Below, in pieces: positions 32,948 through 37,495 of a stretch of 37,495 nucleotides of DNA. This DNA comes from Candidatus Saccharimonadales bacterium (lineage in GTDB: Bacteria > Patescibacteriota > WWE3 > UBA101185 > UBA10185). The position numbers and the translations under genes were made by a program. Each line of letters opens with the position of its first letter. Within the stretch, counting starts at the first letter, position 1. Location of the stretch: positions 1 through 37,495 of the forward strand of contig DATIHK010000028.1 of assembly GCA_035480775.1 (NCBI GenBank), read 5' to 3'. The notes beneath the pieces were generated by a model. It had not been told where the DNA came from. It did not search any database and worked only from the letters and a program-made list of their open reading frames with translations.

Positions 32948-34006
32948 CTACCTTAATAAATTGATCACATTTTCAAACTTCAAATCTTTTAAATCTTCCG
33001 CACTTGTAACAATTGTTTGTTGTAAATCCATAATGCTTGTAACGGCTGCGCGGTGGCGTTCATCGAGCTCCGAAAAAATATCATCTAAAAGTAAAACAGG
33101 GCGTTCGCCAATGCGTTCACTCAAATAATCCATTTCGCTAAGTTTTAATGCTAAAACTGCGGAACGTTGCTGTCCGCGGGAGCCAAATCCTGCAAGTCCG
33201 CGTTCGTTTATAAAAATTTCAAAGTCGTCGCGGTGTGGTCCAACTAAGGTTGTACGTGCATAAATTTCTTTTTCGGAGTGGCTTTCGAGTCGCGCTTCGC
33301 TAATTTCGTTTTTTTGATACTTTATTGTGAAGTGGGTGTGGTTGGGATTTAATTTTTCGCCGTTTTCTATTAATTTGGGAGTTAGTGTTTTAAAAAGCTC
33401 ATCACGCTTTGTTTGAATTACTTTCCCGGACTCTAAAATTTTTTGCGTCCAAAAACCTATTTGATCTTGACCTCGATTTTCTTTAAAAATCATCTCGAGT
33501 AGCTTATTTCGTTGTCGCAATGCTTTTGTATAAGCAGCTGTGGCTTTCTTATACTCATAATCTATTTGGAACATAATCAAATCAATGTATTTGCGACGAT
33601 GGGCAGGGGAACCGGTTACTAAATCTATATCTTCGGGTGAAAACAAAACCGAGTTAAATAAGCCGGCAAATTTCTGTAGAGATTTAGTAGTCTTGTTTAT
33701 CGCTACTTTTTTTGACGACGCATTTTCGAAGGTTTTGCTTTTAATAATTAGCATTTCGAGTTTGTTTTTTTCGTTTTCTACTTCTACAGTTGCGTCAATA
33801 CGAGCAAAATCCGCGTCGTGGTTAATAACGTCACGTTCATATTCAGCGCGAAATGATTTGGTCGTCGACAGCATGTGAATTGCCTCTAGAATGTTGGTTT
33901 TTCCGGCTCCATTATTACCAAAAATTAATGTTGAATTGGCAGCAAATTCTACATGACGCTTTTTATGGCTACGATAGTTAGTTAAAGACAAAGAATTAAT
34001 CTTCAT
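32948..34006 (-). CDS. recF: DNA replication and repair protein RecF
   Basis: Walker A GNNGAGKTN, FSPEDIDLVTGSPAHRRKYIDL, GPHRDDF, signature GSRGQQRS and Walker B LLLDDIFSELD. The ATG at 34006 forms an ATGA overlap with mutM. Confidence 0.92.
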   Translation of the reverse strand: MKINSLSLTNYRSHKKRHVEFAANSTLIFGNNGAGKTNILEAIHMLSTTKSFRAEYERDVINHDADFARIDATVEVENEKNKLEMLIIKSKTFENASSKKVAINKTTKSLQKFAGLFNSVLFSPEDIDLVTGSPAHRRKYIDLIMFQIDYEYKKATAAYTKALRQRNKLLEMIFKENRGQDQIGFWTQKILESGKVIQTKRDELFKTLTPKLIENGEKLNPNHTHFTIKYQKNEISEARLESHSEKEIYARTTLVGPHRDDFEIFINERGLAGFGSRGQQRSAVLALKLSEMDYLSERIGERPVLLLDDIFSELDERHRAAVTSIMDLQQTIVTSAEDLKDLKFENVINLLR

Positions 34007-34851
34007 AGAAGAGTTGGTTGATTGCCTTCGGGTTGGCAAGAAGGGCAGAAATAGGTAGATCTTCCATTTATTTTAATAACGCATACTTTGGAATTACAAA
34101 CGGCGCAAGTAGTTTTATTATAAATTCTAAAATAATTTTGGTGCGTCCCGTATTTACCCAGTGCGTCGACAAATCCTTTGTCTTCTAGAGTAGAGCCGCG
34201 GTGTTCAATTCCTTCTAGTAAAATCTCCTTAGCAGTTTGTAGAAGCTTTTCGGCTTGCTTTAGACTAATTAGACTGGTTGAAGTCTGCGGATGAATCTTG
34301 GCCATAAATAGAGCGTCTGTGGCATATATATTTCCTAGTCCCGAGATAATTTCTTGATCCAGCAAAACATTTTTTATACTAGATCTTTTGGATTTGATTT
34401 GAGCCAAAAATTCTTCCGCAGTTAGATCTGGATTAATTGGTTCAGGTCCGTATCTGTTTTGCATTGCTTCTATTTCAGATTTTGTAACTACTACAACTTT
34501 TCCAAACATTCTGACGTCTCTAAATTTAAGTCCTAAAGACTTTTTGCCATTATCAAGAACAAAAGTTACTCTTTCGTGCGAAAACTTGCGGGTTTTTGGA
34601 TCAGAAAGCAAAACTTGCCCTGTCATTGCAAGGTGAAAGACTAGTGAATCTTCTGATGCGAGTTCGATAACAATATTTTTGGCAATTCTGTAAATACGAA
34701 TAATTTTTTGCCCTACAAGCTTTTTTTTAAAAGTTTCGTTATCGGGTAAAGCTTTGTACCCCGGTTCTATTTCAACCTTTTCAAATGTAAAGCCTAACAA
34801 ATATTTTTTGAGGTCACTACTGACTGTTTGTACTTCGGGTAATTCTGGCAT
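34003..34851 (-). CDS. mutM: Formamidopyrimidine-DNA glycosylase
   Basis: N-terminal MPELPEV (second Met of the track ORF), an H2TH region, and the C-terminal zinc finger CAVCNSKV...YFCPSCQ. Confidence 0.92.
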   Translation of the reverse strand: MPELPEVQTVSSDLKKYLLGFTFEKVEIEPGYKALPDNETFKKKLVGQKIIRIYRIAKNIVIELASEDSLVFHLAMTGQVLLSDPKTRKFSHERVTFVLDNGKKSLGLKFRDVRMFGKVVVVTKSEIEAMQNRYGPEPINPDLTAEEFLAQIKSKRSSIKNVLLDQEIISGLGNIYATDALFMAKIHPQTSTSLISLKQAEKLLQTAKEILLEGIEHRGSTLEDKGFVDALGKYGTHQNYFRIYNKTTCAVCNSKVCVIKINGRSTYFCPSCQPEGNQPTLL

Positions 34852-34860
34852 CAAAGCCTC

Positions 34861-35985
34861 CTATTTTTGCGAGTGGGCTTCCCACGCATTTGCTACAAAT
34901 TCGGCGAATTCTTTTTTAAATTTTTCTTTACTAAAGCCAAAGTTCTGCATATCTAACTTTATTTCTTGAGAGTTAAAATGATGTTTTCTGATTGCTTCGT
35001 CAAACTCTTTTACTTTTTTAACTAGGCATTCGACTGTAATTTCGTCAAAAAACATTCCGTCACGATCTTCTTTGATTGTTTCTAAAACTCCTCCAGATCT
35101 GTGCGCCAATACCGGTTTGCCGTGATACATTGCTTCTATAGGAGTTAATCCAAAGTCTTCGTCTTTAACCGGAAATATAAATCCAAGGCAGTTTTCATAC
35201 AAATCGTTTTTTTGCGCTTCAGAGACACCTCCAACGAATTGAATATTTGGTTTAGCCATTTTTTTAAGTTGCATTTCTTGCGAGCCAGTTCCAGCAATGA
35301 TTAATGGCAATCCAAGTAAATTAAAAGTTTGTACTAAAAGATTAAAGTTTTTGTAGTTCACTAAACGTCCTAAAGCTAAATAATATGGAGGTTTAAGATT
35401 GTTTGTATGTGGTTTGGTAGTTACATCTACTTCGACTGGTGGATAGATAACTTGCGCATCCCGATTGTAAAATTTCTTGATGCGACGCTGAATTTCGAAT
35501 GAGTTAGCAATCAAAAAATCCGGACGTTGAGCAGCTTCAAAATCCCAAATTCGTAAATAATGATCTAAATACGCGACAAAAGGCTTGAACAAAAAATTGT
35601 TTCGAACTGTGCTTTCTGTAGAGTACTTATACAAAAATCGAGGTGGGGTATGAATATAGCTAATATGTAATTGTCGAGGAGTTGTTAAAACACCTTTTGG
35701 CCAAGCTGTTCCATCAGAAATAATTAAATCGTACTGTCGTAAATCAAAACTTTCAAATACCGTAGGCATTAAAAAGGTAAAGATTTTAGGAAATTTATCA
35801 AACCAGCTGTTATTAGAACTATAGATTGTTCGTTGATTAATTTTGTCAGAAACTTTTTTTCGGTCGTAGATTCCTGTGTAGATAGGTGCGTTCGGAAACA
35901 ACTCCATTATAGCTTCTAGAGTTTTTTCTGCGCCTCCAATTTGATTTAAATAATCGTGTACTAACGCCACTTTTGGCTGGTTCAT
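34861..35985 (-). CDS. GT4-family (GT-B) glycosyltransferase
   Basis: C-terminal EDFGLTPIEAMYHGKPVLAHRSGGVLETI, the EX7E-type motif. tgTATAAT lies 6 nt upstream of the ATG. Confidence 0.88.
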   Translation of the reverse strand: MNQPKVALVHDYLNQIGGAEKTLEAIMELFPNAPIYTGIYDRKKVSDKINQRTIYSSNNSWFDKFPKIFTFLMPTVFESFDLRQYDLIISDGTAWPKGVLTTPRQLHISYIHTPPRFLYKYSTESTVRNNFLFKPFVAYLDHYLRIWDFEAAQRPDFLIANSFEIQRRIKKFYNRDAQVIYPPVEVDVTTKPHTNNLKPPYYLALGRLVNYKNFNLLVQTFNLLGLPLIIAGTGSQEMQLKKMAKPNIQFVGGVSEAQKNDLYENCLGFIFPVKDEDFGLTPIEAMYHGKPVLAHRSGGVLETIKEDRDGMFFDEITVECLVKKVKEFDEAIRKHHFNSQEIKLDMQNFGFSKEKFKKEFAEFVANAWEAHSQK

Positions 35986-36072
35986 AGGTAGATTATACAG
36001 GCATTATAACGTTTCGGGGAATCTATGTAATATATTATTGACACGCTATCTTATTCATGAGTACATAGTTGT

Positions 36073-36600
36073 ATGCAGAAAGGTTCAAGCGGCCTTCTGG
36101 TCATTATTTTTATCGCTTTGCTCGTCATCTTGCCCGTTTCCACTTGGGTAGTTATAAAATCGACAGCTAAAGATGGCTCAGTGCAAGGTGCCTCCACAGT
36201 AGATTCATCATCTACTTCTCCTGGTTTTTCTGTAAATGTTGTTGCCAAATCGAGTGGTTGGGATTTGGAAGAGTATGTGTGCAAAACATTAGATGAGTGT
36301 TCAAATTCTCCAGAATCAGGTATGCGCTGGGCAACAATTAGTGGAGGTCAAACAGCGCTGCATAAAGTAGATGTTTTATACACCTCTGAATTAGACTCGT
36401 ACTCGTACATGAAAGTTCTTGTTAAATCTGGTTGGGGAACATCCTTGAAGACCTTTAAAATTAGTGAGGCCGGAAGTGTACCAGGATCAAAAAAGCAAAC
36501 TCTAAAAGATGGTCAGGTAAATTATGATGTGTTGTTGCTGCCTTTAGATAAGGTAAAAACTGCTTTTTATACTTCCGCAACTTTTTCTGATAATTTATGA
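36073..36600 (+). CDS. Signal-anchored exported protein, unknown function
   Basis: N-terminal TM helix (LLVIIFIALLVILPVSTWVVI) followed by a Ser/Thr-rich linker. ATGA overlap with the next ORF. Confidence 0.6.
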   Translation: MQKGSSGLLVIIFIALLVILPVSTWVVIKSTAKDGSVQGASTVDSSSTSPGFSVNVVAKSSGWDLEEYVCKTLDECSNSPESGMRWATISGGQTALHKVDVLYTSELDSYSYMKVLVKSGWGTSLKTFKISEAGSVPGSKKQTLKDGQVNYDVLLLPLDKVKTAFYTSATFSDNL

Positions 36601-37076
36601 TTTTAATAGATAAAAATTCCAAATTGTGGGCTTATTTGGCTGACGATATAAAAGGCTTACTTGCAGATGGAGAAAATTTAGTTAATGAAGCTGAACACTT
36701 TAGCGGAAAAATTTCTGATTACTCTTACTTGGTATTTCCATTTTCAAAAGGTTATGAAGGGTTTTTAAAAAAATTGTTTTTAGATTTACATATGATACGT
36801 GATGATGAGTATTACGGCGATGATATAAGAATAGGTCGTGTATTGAACCCACATTATACTCATGAGCCAAGTTCGGTATATAAAAAGATTCTACTTCATA
36901 AAAATGGCGGTGAAGCCTTGGGGGAAAAACTTTGGAATGTCTGGAAACGCGGTCGTAACAGTGTATTTCACTACTTTCCACATAATTTTAAAAAATTAAC
37001 TTATGCTGAAGCACTCGAAATCATTACCGAAGAGCTATCGGTTATGGAAGCAACTGTAAGTCTTGTAAAATCTTGA
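36597..37076 (+). CDS. Hypothetical protein with a HEPN-like Rx4H motif
   Basis: 159 aa and mostly helical. KRGRNSVFHYF contains R-N-x3-H-Y as in DUF86/HepT-type HEPN RNases. The assignment rests on this motif only. Confidence 0.55.
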   Translation: MILIDKNSKLWAYLADDIKGLLADGENLVNEAEHFSGKISDYSYLVFPFSKGYEGFLKKLFLDLHMIRDDEYYGDDIRIGRVLNPHYTHEPSSVYKKILLHKNGGEALGEKLWNVWKRGRNSVFHYFPHNFKKLTYAEALEIITEELSVMEATVSLVKS

Positions 37077-37115
37077 TATAATAACACTCAACTTTCACAC
37101 TCGGAGGATCTATAC

Positions 37116-37451
37116 ATGGCAGACGTGCAATTACCAGCTGCTCGAGCAGCTTATCCTGCTTCATTACGAATCGGAATTTTTACTTCTGGTAAAAACGGTA
37201 TTAGCAACAAGCAGCTCGGAAGAGGCATTTTCACAGACACTGTAGATGGTGCACTTAGGTTTAAGGTAGACACTAGTGAAAACACAGAATTTAGAGTAGG
37301 TGAAACATTGACCGTTAGAAGTGTCTTACCTTTGCCGCATGTGAATCGCAGAAATAACGACAAAACGCTTGTATGTAAAGGTCGTGTAGAAAAAGTAACA
37401 CCTGGATTCAAAAAGACAGTAGTCATTTTAAGAATACGACCCATTGACTAA
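37116..37451 (+). CDS. Hypothetical protein (cassette F ORFan)
   Basis: 111 aa, predicted beta-rich, with GGAGG at 37103-37107. No family recognised. Confidence 0.55.
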   Translation: MADVQLPAARAAYPASLRIGIFTSGKNGISNKQLGRGIFTDTVDGALRFKVDTSENTEFRVGETLTVRSVLPLPHVNRRNNDKTLVCKGRVEKVTPGFKKTVVILRIRPID

Positions 37452-37463
37452 GAGGAGTAACGC

Positions 37464-37495
37464 ATGAATCAGCCAGCACGCATAAAACTTCCATT
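37464..37495 (+). CDS. Start of a further SD-led ORF, truncated by the window end
   Basis: GAGGAG at 37453-37458 lies 5 nt before the ATG at 37464 (MNQPARIKLP...). Only 10 codons are visible. Confidence 0.35.
   Translation, partial: MNQPARIKLP

Noticed and set aside
4004-34006. An alternative genetic code (UGA recoded as Gly or Trp, as in some CPR lineages).
   Set aside because: TGA terminates well-conserved genes at their expected lengths in ATGA overlaps (sufB/sufD at 4004-4007, mutM/recF at 34003-34006). Trp is encoded by TGG throughout.
418-37444. Numerous short track ORFs lying antisense or out of frame within confidently assigned genes. Examples: 418-678, 1390-1572, 2496-2687, 4890-5084, 5151-5372, 8364-8597, 10080-10379, 11895-12359, 12921-13127, 14692-14928, 16434-16700, 18127-18339, 19992-20177, 20584-20859, 22589-22807, 23728-23955, 24150-24587, 26201-26440, 28094-28279, 29183-29494, 30798-31091, 33585-33878, 34754-34969, 36051-36284, 36700-36981 and 37151-37444.
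   Set aside because: These are shadow ORFs of longer genes with recognisable motifs. Their translations are compositionally odd and they lack initiation signals.
1-37495. CRISPR arrays, rRNA genes, IS elements or transposases, and prophage structural genes.
   Set aside because: I saw no regularly spaced direct repeats, no rRNA-like conserved blocks, and no DDE, HUH or serine-recombinase-like ORFs. The only recombinase is the Xer/integrase-type gene at 8216-9091.

Overview
AT-rich bacterial chromosomal segment. Hand-counted 60-nt samples of core genes give about 23-38% G+C. The genetic code is standard, since TGA acts as a stop in several ATGA start/stop overlaps. The gene content suggests a reduced-genome CPR/Patescibacteria-like organism (inference): short SufD, split transketolase, archaeal-type ATP-dependent DNA ligase, stand-alone 5'-3' exonuclease, and VKOR plus DsbA.

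Left to right, the window holds:
- a 5'-truncated Cys-rich exoprotein gene;
- an ArsR-sufCBDSU operon extended by DUF1858 and ferredoxin genes;
- hpf;
- tRNA-Ile(UAU), a membrane protein and a tyrosine recombinase;
- an ftsB/divIC-like gene;
- two CAU tRNAs, one of them initiator-like;
- trpS, ftsH, a methyltransferase, a 5'-3' exonuclease and nth;
- a long minus-strand block: DsbA-like, 2-hydroxyacid dehydrogenase, fba, pfkB, split tkt, LOG, rpe, rpiB, VKOR, lgt, membrane proteins, ATP-dependent ligase, degenerate Fic, recF, mutM and a GT4 glycosyltransferase;
- a terminal plus-strand cluster that includes a HEPN-like protein.

I saw no rRNA genes, CRISPR arrays or transposases.

Main hunt result: the window contains two populations of genes. 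Core genes are AT-rich and lack Shine-Dalgarno (SD) sequences, and many operon-first genes have a -10-like hexamer 6-9 nt upstream of the start codon, which looks leaderless. Interspersed are at least six plus-strand cassettes of small ORFan genes, placed in gaps between transcription units. They have higher G+C (about 40-58% in sampled stretches) and strong GGAGG-type SDs. Most of them also have their own promoter-like and terminator elements.

The most extreme cassette is a roughly 0.85 kb, 55-58% G+C unit at 24.8-25.66 kb. It has no plus-strand ORF of 60 aa or more, a near-consensus promoter, three SD-led micro-ORFs, stable hairpins including a UUCG tetraloop, and tandem terminators. It could be a micro-protein operon, an unclassified structured RNA, or foreign DNA. 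All functional calls rest on motif recognition by eye; no database search was run.
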